This document shows, piece after piece, positions 16,797 to 24,384 of a stretch of 64,000 bases of DNA. Position numbers and translations under genes: made by a program. Location of the stretch: NCBI GenBank assembly GCA_944372795.1, contig CALWAF010000004.1, positions 1,165 through 65,164 on the forward strand, written 5' to 3'. This stretch comes from an uncultured Clostridia bacterium. Its GTDB lineage: Bacteria; Bacillota; Clostridia; Christensenellales; CAG-917. The notes beneath the pieces are model-generated. The model was not told the DNA's origin. It saw only the letters and a program-made list of their open reading frames with translations, and searched no databases. How positions within the stretch are numbered: position 1 is the first letter of the stretch; each line of letters begins with the position of its first letter.

Positions 16797-17662
16797 TGCA
16801 GATACCCCCTTCCTTTCACCTCGCAGATGAACAGCTCCTCGAAGTCCACCGCGATCTCCTCGATGAAGAGAGGCGAGAGCGCGGAGAGCATCCTCACCGC
16901 TTCCTCGCGGTCTCCGCGCACGATGAAACGCGCCACCCTGCCCTCCGCCTCGAAGGAGAGGCACTCGAGCGGGATATCCTCCCGCGTCACGGGCCTCGGG
17001 AGCGCGATCTGGAACTTGTGCACCTTGCCGAGCGCGTCGGTGATGTCGCCCGCGTCCGCGATCGAGCCGCCGTCGAGCAGCGCGAACCCGTTGCAGATGT
17101 CCTCAAGCTCCCGCAAGGAATGGCTCGAGATGATGACCGTGCTGTCGTCAAGCTCTATGAGCCCGCGCTTGAACTCCAACCGCGCGAGGGGATCCAGCCC
17201 GTCGAACGCCTCGTCGAGCAGAAGATAGCGCGGTTTGCAGGCGAGGGCGAGGGCAACGAACGCCTGCCTCTTCATACCTTTTGAAAAATTGCGGATGGGC
17301 ACATTCCTTTCCAGCTTGAAGACGTCGGCGTATCTTTTGAACACCTCGTCGTCGAAGTTGTAGAAGGTCTTGTAGAGCTCCCTCAATCCGCCCACCGTCG
17401 TGCCGCCCGCAAAATAAGGCTCATCGGGCAGAAAGAAGAGCTCTCTGCGCTTTGCCGCATTGCCCGTGACGGAGACTCCGTCCAGCAAGATCTCGCCTCC
17501 GTCGGGACGCAACACGTCCGCGATGAGGCGCAAAAGCGTGGTCTTGCCCGCGCCGTTGATGCCGACCAGCCCGAACACCGCGCCGTCGGGGACGGTGAGG
17601 TCGACACCGGCAAGCACAGGCTTTTTGCCGTAGGATTTTTTCAGTCCTCTGATCTCGAGCAT
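16793..17662 (-). CDS. ABC transporter ATP-binding protein
   Basis: It has Walker A GINGAGKTT, signature FSKGMKRQ and Walker B LLLDEAFDGLD. Confidence 0.93.
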   Translation of the reverse strand: MLEIRGLKKSYGKKPVLAGVDLTVPDGAVFGLVGINGAGKTTLLRLIADVLRPDGGEILLDGVSVTGNAAKRRELFFLPDEPYFAGGTTVGGLRELYKTFYNFDDEVFKRYADVFKLERNVPIRNFSKGMKRQAFVALALACKPRYLLLDEAFDGLDPLARLEFKRGLIELDDSTVIISSHSLRELEDICNGFALLDGGSIADAGDITDALGKVHKFQIALPRPVTREDIPLECLSFEAEGRVARFIVRGDREEAVRMLSALSPLFIEEIAVDFEELFICEVKGRGYLQ

Positions 17663-17663
17663 T

Positions 17664-18026
17664 TCAGATCTCCTCCTTACCTCGCGCAGAGCCGTACACT
17701 TCGGCGACCGCGCGCAGAGCGTCGCTTTCGGAAAGTCCCGCGCCCTTGAGCACGGAAAGCTGTCTCACCGCCTCGTCGTATCTCTCGTCGCTGCTCTCGC
17801 CTCTTACGAACGCGCCCTTCTTGGGTATGGTCATGATGAGCCCCCTCTTTTCGAGCTCGCCGTAAGCGCGGTCCACGGTGTTGGGATTGACGCCGAGACG
17901 CATCGCGAGTTCGCGCACACTGGGCAGTTTTTCCCCGGCGCGCAGCGCGCCGAGACGGATGAACCGCGCGTATTCCTCCGTGATCTGCTCATAGATATTG
18001 CTTTTTCCGGTGAGCCTTATCTCCAT
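17664..18026 (-). CDS. GntR-family (YtrA-like) transcriptional regulator
   Basis: MEIRLTGKSNIYEQITEEYARFIRLGALRAGEKLPSVRELAMRLGVNPNTVDRAYGELEKRG. This small GntR is the first gene of the GntR-ABC-permease operon. ATG 18026 is preferred over the track's TTG at 18032. Confidence 0.9.
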   Translation of the reverse strand: MEIRLTGKSNIYEQITEEYARFIRLGALRAGEKLPSVRELAMRLGVNPNTVDRAYGELEKRGLIMTIPKKGAFVRGESSDERYDEAVRQLSVLKGAGLSESDALRAVAEVYGSARGKEEI

Positions 18027-18211
18027 TCGCAACGCCCCACATCTGTATTATCTGTATTAAGCATAACCCGCTTTCCCGCAAAATGCAAGCCTTTTTTGAA
18101 AATTCCCGGAAAGGGCGGCGGCGTACGACGTCTTCGCGTGCGGAAACGCGCACGCGCTCGGGCGCGTGTATGAGCGCATATGTGAAATTGTCGCGCGCGC
18201 GAAAAAAGGGG

Positions 18212-18241
18212 TTGTCAAAATTCTTCCGTCCGTGCTATAAT
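18212..18241 (+). promoter_or_regulatory. Promoter of the uraA-upp operon
   Basis: TTGTCA (18212-18217), an 18-nt spacer, then TATAAT (18236-18241). Confidence 0.5.
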
Positions 18242-18361
18242 TTGGAAAATGCGTGCGGAGGCGGAAGCCTCTGCGGAGGGTAAAATGAGGGAAGGAAAAG
18301 TTTTGCCGAAAGAGGCGATCGCCATGCCTGTTTTTGCGACTCTTTCTTTCTCTTCGTGACT

Positions 18362-18391
18362 GACGCTCCCCTTTTCGGGGACGTTTTTTTA
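18362..18391 (+). terminator. Leader terminator (attenuator) upstream of the uracil permease gene
   Basis: ACGCTCCCC-ttttc-GGGGACGT followed by TTTTTTTA, 50 nt before the ATG at 18441. Upstream elements that could form alternative structures are the hairpin GCGGAGGC-GGAA-GCCTCTGC and the box CCGAAAGAGGCG. Confidence 0.6.
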
Positions 18392-18440
18392 TGCCGCGAA
18401 AGCGGCGTGAGATGCAAATCAAATCAGGGAGATATATCTT

Positions 18441-20063
18441 ATGGCAGTCAATCTCGTCTATGACATCAACGACAAGCCCCCGTTCGGCAAACTGATCGTG
18501 CTTGCGCTGCAACAGCTGCTCGCCATCATGGCGGCGACCATCGCGGTGCCCGTGGCGATCGGGCTGCCCACCCAAGTGCCGTCGGCCATCCTCGGCGCGG
18601 GCGTGGGTACGCTTGTGTATCTGCTCTTCACAAGGTTCAAGAGCCCTGTGTTCCTCGGCAGTTCCTTCGCGTTCATCAGCTCGCTCATCTCGGCGACGGC
18701 GTTCGGCTATCTGGGCATCCTCGTCGGCGCGGCGTTTGCGGGCATGGTGTACGTCATCATCGCGATCGTCATCCACTTTGCGGGCACGAAATGGGTGTCC
18801 AAGCTCATGCCTCCCGTGGTCATCGGACCCACCGTCGCACTCATCGGTCTGTCGCTTGCAGGCAGCGCGGTGACCAGCATCACGACGGCGGCGGGCGACA
18901 CCGTCAACGGCGCGTACAACCTCGTCGCTCTCTTCTGCGGCTTGGTCACCTTCTTCACCGTCGTCATCTGCTCGGGTCAGAAGCGCTTCAAGACAATGAA
19001 GCTCATCCCCTTCATCATCGGCATCGGCGCGGGTTACGTCGTGGCGGCAATCTTCACCGCGTTCGGTCTCGGCTTTGACGTGGACTATCTCAAGATCGTG
19101 GACTTCGGACCGCTGGTGAGCAATTTCGTGGACGAAGCGGGCAACTTCGTGGGCGTGACCGCCTTCCTCAACTACCCCGACTTCGCACTCATCGAAGGCA
19201 TCAAGGAGATCATCACCGGCGAGGCACGCACGGGCGTCGAAGGCGCGGTGCTCCTCAACGGACAGGGTGTCGCGGAAGTGGCGCTTGCGTTCATCCCCGT
19301 GGCGCTCGTCGTGTTTGCGGAACACATCGCCGACCACAAGAACCTCGGCTCCATCATCGGGCGCGACCTCGTCGAGGGCGAACCCGGGCTCAAACGCACT
19401 CTGCTCGGCGACGGCGTGGGCTCCATAGCGGGCACCATCCTCGGCATCTGCCCCAACACCACTTACGGTGAGTCCGTGGGCTGCGTCGCCATCACGGGCA
19501 ACGCATCCGTGCGCACCATATTCGTCACCGCCATCATGTGCGTGGTGCTCTCCTTCCTCTCCCCCGTCATGGCTCTCTTGCAGACCATACCCGCAGCGGT
19601 CATGGGCGGCGTGTGCTTCACCCTCTACGGCTTCATCGCGGTCAGCGGTCTCAAAATGTTCAAGGACATCGACCTCGGCGAGAACAAGAACCTCTTCGTC
19701 GTCAGCGCCATCCTCATCGCGGGCATAGGCGGGCTCGCCATCCAGATCCCCTATCACCTCGCGGACAACGGGCTTGTGGACAAAGCCGTCACCGTCACTT
19801 CCATCGCCACCGCGCTCATCCTCGGCATCATCACCTACGCCGTGATGAACAAGATCGAGAAGAGCAAGCTCGGTCAGGGCGAAGAAGAGGCGAGCGTGCC
19901 CTCCGCCGCAGTCGAGAACTCCGTGGAACCCAAGCTCAATCACGGCGAAGACGCGGAAGACGCCGCAGATGCCGTCGAAGATGCGGACACCGCAGGCTCT
20001 GCGAGCGCGGACGCCAACGCAGCCGACACCCCCGCGGAAGAAGCGGAAACCGAGGAGGAATGA
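18441..20063 (+). CDS. uraA: Uracil/xanthine permease (NCS2 family) with an acidic low-complexity C-terminal tail
   Basis: A 540-aa polytopic protein: FGKLIVLALQQLLAIMAATIAVPV.., NTTYGESVG. It lies immediately upstream of upp. The last ~70 aa are D/E/A-rich. Confidence 0.85.
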   Translation: MAVNLVYDINDKPPFGKLIVLALQQLLAIMAATIAVPVAIGLPTQVPSAILGAGVGTLVYLLFTRFKSPVFLGSSFAFISSLISATAFGYLGILVGAAFAGMVYVIIAIVIHFAGTKWVSKLMPPVVIGPTVALIGLSLAGSAVTSITTAAGDTVNGAYNLVALFCGLVTFFTVVICSGQKRFKTMKLIPFIIGIGAGYVVAAIFTAFGLGFDVDYLKIVDFGPLVSNFVDEAGNFVGVTAFLNYPDFALIEGIKEIITGEARTGVEGAVLLNGQGVAEVALAFIPVALVVFAEHIADHKNLGSIIGRDLVEGEPGLKRTLLGDGVGSIAGTILGICPNTTYGESVGCVAITGNASVRTIFVTAIMCVVLSFLSPVMALLQTIPAAVMGGVCFTLYGFIAVSGLKMFKDIDLGENKNLFVVSAILIAGIGGLAIQIPYHLADNGLVDKAVTVTSIATALILGIITYAVMNKIEKSKLGQGEEEASVPSAAVENSVEPKLNHGEDAEDAADAVEDADTAGSASADANAADTPAEEAETEEE

Positions 20064-20064
20064 C

Positions 20065-20703
20065 ATGAAAGACTATCCCAACGTCACCATCCTCGATCAC
20101 CCTCTCATCCGTCACAAGATCGCCATACTCCGTGACGTCAACACGGGCATGAAGGAATTCCGCGAGCTGGTGGAAGAGATCACCACCCTCATGGTGTACG
20201 AGAGCTTCAAGCACGTCCCCACCAAAAAAGTGATGGTGCAGACTCCCCTCGAGCTCACCGAGCAGACCATGGTCGCGGACGGCGCCGTCGCCGTCGTGCC
20301 CATCCTGCGCGCGGGGCTGGGCATGGTCAACGGCGTGCACACCCTCTTCCCCACCGCGCGTGTGGGACACATCGGGCTCTACCGCGACGAGGAGACCCTC
20401 GAGCCTCACGAGTACTACTGCAAACTGCCCGACGGCATCGAGAACAGCGTCGCGATACTGCTCGACCCCATGCTCGCAACGGGCGGCAGCGCCTCCGCTG
20501 CCATCGGCTTCCTCAAAGACCGCGGCTGCAAAAAGATCATGCTGATGAGCATAATCGCCGCGCCCGTGGGCATCGAGACCGTCGCCGAAGCGCACCCCGA
20601 CGTGGAGATCTTCGTATCCACCCTCGACCGCTGCCTCAACGAGCACGGCTATATCCTGCCCGGTCTCGGCGACGCCGGCGACCGCCTCTTCGGCACAAAG
20701 TAA
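20065..20703 (+). CDS. upp: Uracil phosphoribosyltransferase
   Basis: The ATG at 20065 follows GAGGAGGAA. Supporting sequences are ILDHPLIRHKIAILRD, the PRPP motif LLDPMLATGGSA, and the C-terminal GYILPGLGDAGDRLFGTK. Confidence 0.96.
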   Translation: MKDYPNVTILDHPLIRHKIAILRDVNTGMKEFRELVEEITTLMVYESFKHVPTKKVMVQTPLELTEQTMVADGAVAVVPILRAGLGMVNGVHTLFPTARVGHIGLYRDEETLEPHEYYCKLPDGIENSVAILLDPMLATGGSASAAIGFLKDRGCKKIMLMSIIAAPVGIETVAEAHPDVEIFVSTLDRCLNEHGYILPGLGDAGDRLFGTK

Positions 20704-20715
20704 AACCGTCTTACA

Positions 20716-20748
20716 AAAGAGCCGCTCACACGAGCGGCTCTTTTTTTA
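20716..20748 (+). terminator. Intrinsic terminator after upp
   Basis: AAAGAGCCGCTC-acac-GAGCGGCTCTTT followed by a T-run. Confidence 0.85.
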
Positions 20749-20820
20749 TAAAGACAATAGGGCGATGAACAAATGATTATCGGATAGAGTGCGCCCAACT
20801 ACAATTAAACCCGGTTCGAA

Positions 20821-21168
20821 GACGGAATCACGCGCCGCTCACCCAAACTTGCACAGCGGGCGTTTGCGCCCGCTCTTGCAAGTCGCGGCGCGCCCCGCGA
20901 CCTCGCAAGCCGGACGGATAATTAAGTAGACACGGGCGCCGTGCGCGTCGAGTCGCCTTCCTCTCCCCGCGAGCGACGTTCAGTTTATACTGTTCGCCGC
21001 TCGATTATCTCTATGCGAGATTCAAACTTTGTCAAAAAGGACGAAAAGTATATCCCGCATTTTAGGAGGACTGAACTCTTCCCGAGTGGGGGAGGAAAGC
21101 CCGAAGGGAAGGTGGGGGAACAATACTCCCATGTCAGGGACGTGCACCCTATCCCACCCCCGAGCACG
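20821..21168 (+). repeat. Family X interspersed repeat, copy X_B1
   Basis: It aligns end to end with 21407-21750, and as reverse complement with 12381-12758 and 48204-48547. Confidence 0.85.
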
Positions 21169-21210
21169 CCGTACCCTCCGAGCGGGTGTTGCATGAATTC
21201 GCGTATAACT

Positions 21211-21349
21211 CCGAAACAAACGGGGACGGGGTAAAAATGTTCATTCTCGGACGCGTTCGCCCGAGTTGAACATTTGCGCCCCCATGCCCCGCGAGCGGGG
21301 ACCCCGGCTTGACCCCGTCCCCATTTGTTTCAATGCGTTCCTGTTTCGG
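21211..21349. repeat. Composite palindrome Z between the two tandem X copies
   Basis: The outer arms are CCGAAACAAACGGGGACGGGGT ... ACCCCGTCCCCATTTGTTT..CCTGTTTCGG. An inner hairpin is AAATGTTCATTCTCGG/CCGAGTTGAACATTT. Confidence 0.7.
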
Positions 21350-21406
21350 ATACGTTGACGAGCAGCTTGATAGGGCGCATTTGAACATGATGGAACCTCT
21401 TTCAAA

Positions 21407-21750
21407 GACGAAATCACGCGCCGCTCAGCCAAACTTGCACAGCGGGCATTTGCGCCCGCTCTTGCAAGTCGCGGCGCGCCCCGCGACCTCGCAAGCAAAA
21501 CGAAACATTAAGTAGACACGGGCGCAGTGCGCGCCGAGTCGCCTTCCTCTCCCCGCGAGCGATGTTCAGTGAGTACTGTTCGCCGCTTGATTATCTCTAT
21601 GCGAGATTCAAACTCTATCAAAAAGGACAAAAGTATATCCCGCATTTTAGGAGGACTGAACTCTTCCCGAGTGGGGGAGGAGTCCCGAAGGGGAGGAGGG
21701 GGAGCAACATTCCCCGCGAGACGCACACTCTATTCCACCCTCCGAGCACG
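21407..21750 (+). repeat. Family X interspersed repeat, copy X_B2
   Basis: It is a tandem second copy, more diverged at the G-rich end and with a small indel relative to X_B1. Confidence 0.85.
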
Positions 21751-21780
21751 ACGTTTTCTCGGCTCCTACTCCCCGTTAGA

Positions 21781-21903
21781 CTGACGCTCTCATTTAGATG
21801 CAGAACGCGAAAGCGCCTCTGTCGAGAGGCGGAGCGTACCTTTAGTACGTGAGCATCTACGACAGAGGCGCTGACAAAGTTATGCGCTAAATGACAGCGT
21901 CAG
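21781..21903. repeat. Family T nested palindromic element, copy T3 (most diverged)
   Basis: CTGACGCTCTCATTTAG ... CTAAATGACAGCGTCAG, with middle stem GCGCCTCTGTCG/CGACAGAGGCGC. Bases 21900-21902 are the TGA stop of the lipoprotein gene. Confidence 0.9.
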
Positions 21904-24206
21904 TCGAGGTCTTTCCAGAGAGACTCATACGCCTCCCTATTATAAACGATCGTCTCATAGTGCTGGACACCGAAGGCATTGACCTTCTCTTCGTAGAGGG
22001 CGGACTGCTTGCCGGTGAGAAGGGTCTCCTCGATCTGCTGACGGATGGTGACGCAATCCTCAAGGGTGGGGGCATACTCGACGATGTAATCGAGGGGGAG
22101 CTCCTTGCCGCTGCCGTTGTCGGCAAAGGTGAGCGCCGTTTCGTTGCCCTCTGCGTCGATGCCGACGAGATTGTCGTCGAGGGGCACGCAGGTGGCGACA
22201 AGGATGAAGATGCCGGCATACGCACCGCTGGTGGTGCCGGACTCGATGAAGTTGTCGCCGAAGATGTAGAAGTTGCCCTCGGTGGCGCCTGCGCCGTCCG
22301 CGCGCTCATAGGACGCGGTGCCGTTTTCGATGAGTGCGCGCGCCTGTTTGGTGAAGGACTCGATATAGCCGGACTCTTCTCCCTCGGGAGTGATCATATA
22401 GCCGAGTCCGCCGTTGTTGGAATCGGAGGAAGTGCCGCCGGAGTCGTCACCCACGAGATAGAGCCACTCGGTGGCGACTTCGCGCATCCAATAGACGCCG
22501 AGCACGGGAGACATGCCGTCCGCGACAGCCTGTTTCACCGCGGAGAAGGAGGCATAGATCTGCTCCACTATGCCCGTCCGTTCCCCTCCGTTCGTGAAGG
22601 CGGGGACGGTGCCCGGGAGATACGCCATGGCGGGACATGCGGTGACGCCGTATTCGATGCTCGCCACCTTGGTGTCCTTATCGTAGACGAACTTCACGAT
22701 ATTGTTCCAATCCGCGCCCTCGTTCACCTCGTCCACGCACTCGTGGTTGGGACAGGTCATGGGATCGCAATCGGAGCCCGCCTCGCAGGAGTGACGGTCG
22801 CAGATGTAATCGGGGTCGTAATCGGGGTTGCTGACATTGACCTCGATGGCTTTGAGCAGTTTGTCGCGCTCCTTGGTGATGGTCGACTTGTCGCCGCTGT
22901 AGACGCCGTCTTCCACCATCTCGGTGAGCTTCGCAAGGTCGTCGTCGGGGAGCTGCAGCAGGATGTTGAGGACGAAGCCGTAGCCCTCATATTCGTGATA
23001 GTAAGAGGTCGCGAGGGCGTCGGTGAGCGCGGTCTCGTAAGAGGTGCGGTTGCCGCCGTAGGCCTCGATGTTCGCCTCCACCATGGAGTCGAAACGAGCC
23101 TCGATCTCCGCCTGACTGACGGTGCTCTGCTCGCCTATCTTGCGCTCGAGGCGGGTGATGAGCAGAGTCTTCATCTCGTTGTCGAGATAATATTGATAAC
23201 TCGTGCGCAGCTCGTCGAAGTCGTCCGCGACGTCTTCCACCGCGTCATCGAGATATTCCTTGAGATACTCTTCCCTGACCGCTTCGGAATAGGTGGAAAG
23301 GCTGTCAAGCTCCGCCTCGCCGCTCATGATGAGCGCGCGGTAACCCTCGGTGAGCAGACCGGAGTCGTCGAGTGCGCGGGGAGCGAGCGGATCCACTTCG
23401 CCGTCGGGATCGTAGTCCGCATCGGGGTCTTCCTCCTCCGCCTCACGCACGGGACGGGGCTCGAGATAGGGCTCCCACTTGGCGTAAAGAGTGATGCTCT
23501 TCGTGCCCTCTTCGAGGGTGACGGGCTTTGAGAAATCGAAGGCTTCGGTGCAATCTTTGTCGGTGTACCAGCCGTAGAAGGTGTAACCTTCGCGGGTGGG
23601 ATCGTCGGGTTCGTAAGCCACGGTGCCGTTCTTTATGCGCTGGCGTTCCACCGCGCTGCCCTTGCCGGAATCGAAACGGACGGTGATGGCGTCGGTGCCG
23701 CTGTATTCCTCATATTCGCCGCTGTCGGAACTGCCGCCCGTGGAGGGCTTGTTGGCGCTGATGAGCGTGCCAATGGCGGTGTCGATGGCGGAGAGGATGT
23801 CCTCATTGACGTTCTCGATGGCGCGGTTGAGCTCCGCAGACGAGAGCAGATCCTCCACCTTCACGTCCACGGCGGACGCGCCCGGGTCTTCCATCTTCAC
23901 AAGCTCGTCCTTGGCAAAGAGCACGAGAAGCTCGCGCTGGGCGAGAGACTGCAGCAAATAGTCCGCCGCCTGCTGATAGGTCATGCCGTAGTAGGCATTG
24001 TAGATGTAGGCGTAAGAGTTGAAACTGATCGCCAGCTCGAACTTGCGGATATCGGCGGTCTGCCCCGCATAAGAGACGGAGGCGACCACCTGATTGGCGT
24101 CGCGGTCTTCGTTGCGCGTGATGATGGCGTCGCAGCCGACGAGGGCTCCGATGCACACCGAAAGCGCGATGATGAGGACCAACAGAAGAGCAATTCTTTT
24201 TTTCAT
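21900..24206 (-). CDS. Lipoprotein (768 aa) with a SurA/PrsA-N-terminal-like chaperone region and a Listeria-Bacteroides repeat
   Basis: The ATG at 24206 gives MKKRIALLLVLIIALSVCIGALVGC, a lipobox. The segment ITVRFDSGKGS..GYTFYGWYTDKDCTEAFDF..LYAKW is a Flg_new-type repeat. The position downstream of mfd matches where prsA-like genes sit in Clostridia. No PPIase signature was recognised. Confidence 0.6.
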   Translation of the reverse strand: MKKRIALLLVLIIALSVCIGALVGCDAIITRNEDRDANQVVASVSYAGQTADIRKFELAISFNSYAYIYNAYYGMTYQQAADYLLQSLAQRELLVLFAKDELVKMEDPGASAVDVKVEDLLSSAELNRAIENVNEDILSAIDTAIGTLISANKPSTGGSSDSGEYEEYSGTDAITVRFDSGKGSAVERQRIKNGTVAYEPDDPTREGYTFYGWYTDKDCTEAFDFSKPVTLEEGTKSITLYAKWEPYLEPRPVREAEEEDPDADYDPDGEVDPLAPRALDDSGLLTEGYRALIMSGEAELDSLSTYSEAVREEYLKEYLDDAVEDVADDFDELRTSYQYYLDNEMKTLLITRLERKIGEQSTVSQAEIEARFDSMVEANIEAYGGNRTSYETALTDALATSYYHEYEGYGFVLNILLQLPDDDLAKLTEMVEDGVYSGDKSTITKERDKLLKAIEVNVSNPDYDPDYICDRHSCEAGSDCDPMTCPNHECVDEVNEGADWNNIVKFVYDKDTKVASIEYGVTACPAMAYLPGTVPAFTNGGERTGIVEQIYASFSAVKQAVADGMSPVLGVYWMREVATEWLYLVGDDSGGTSSDSNNGGLGYMITPEGEESGYIESFTKQARALIENGTASYERADGAGATEGNFYIFGDNFIESGTTSGAYAGIFILVATCVPLDDNLVGIDAEGNETALTFADNGSGKELPLDYIVEYAPTLEDCVTIRQQIEETLLTGKQSALYEEKVNAFGVQHYETIVYNREAYESLWKDLD

Positions 24207-24384
24207 ATACACTCCGTAGCGGTTATCACGGTTGATTGCAATAGTATGACCATTATACACATACGCGGGCGCGCCCGCAAGCATTTTTAGGATAAATGGG
24301 GAGTTTAACTCCCGAAAGAAAGGGAAAACGGCGGACATCCGCCGCCGTTTCGCACTCGTTTTCTCACTCCCGCGCCCGTCGGCG

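Noticed and set aside
20941-21234. A conserved ORF in X copies (MRVESPSSPRER.SVYTVRRSIISMRDSN..), also at 21527-21784 and 48062-48430.
   Set aside because: The differences between X_B1 and X_C are all non-synonymous in this frame (R/C, F/S, V/I, E/A, P/T, V/E). X_B2 is frameshifted and X_A has a 27-bp hairpin insertion. Conservation is at the nucleotide and structure level, not the protein level.
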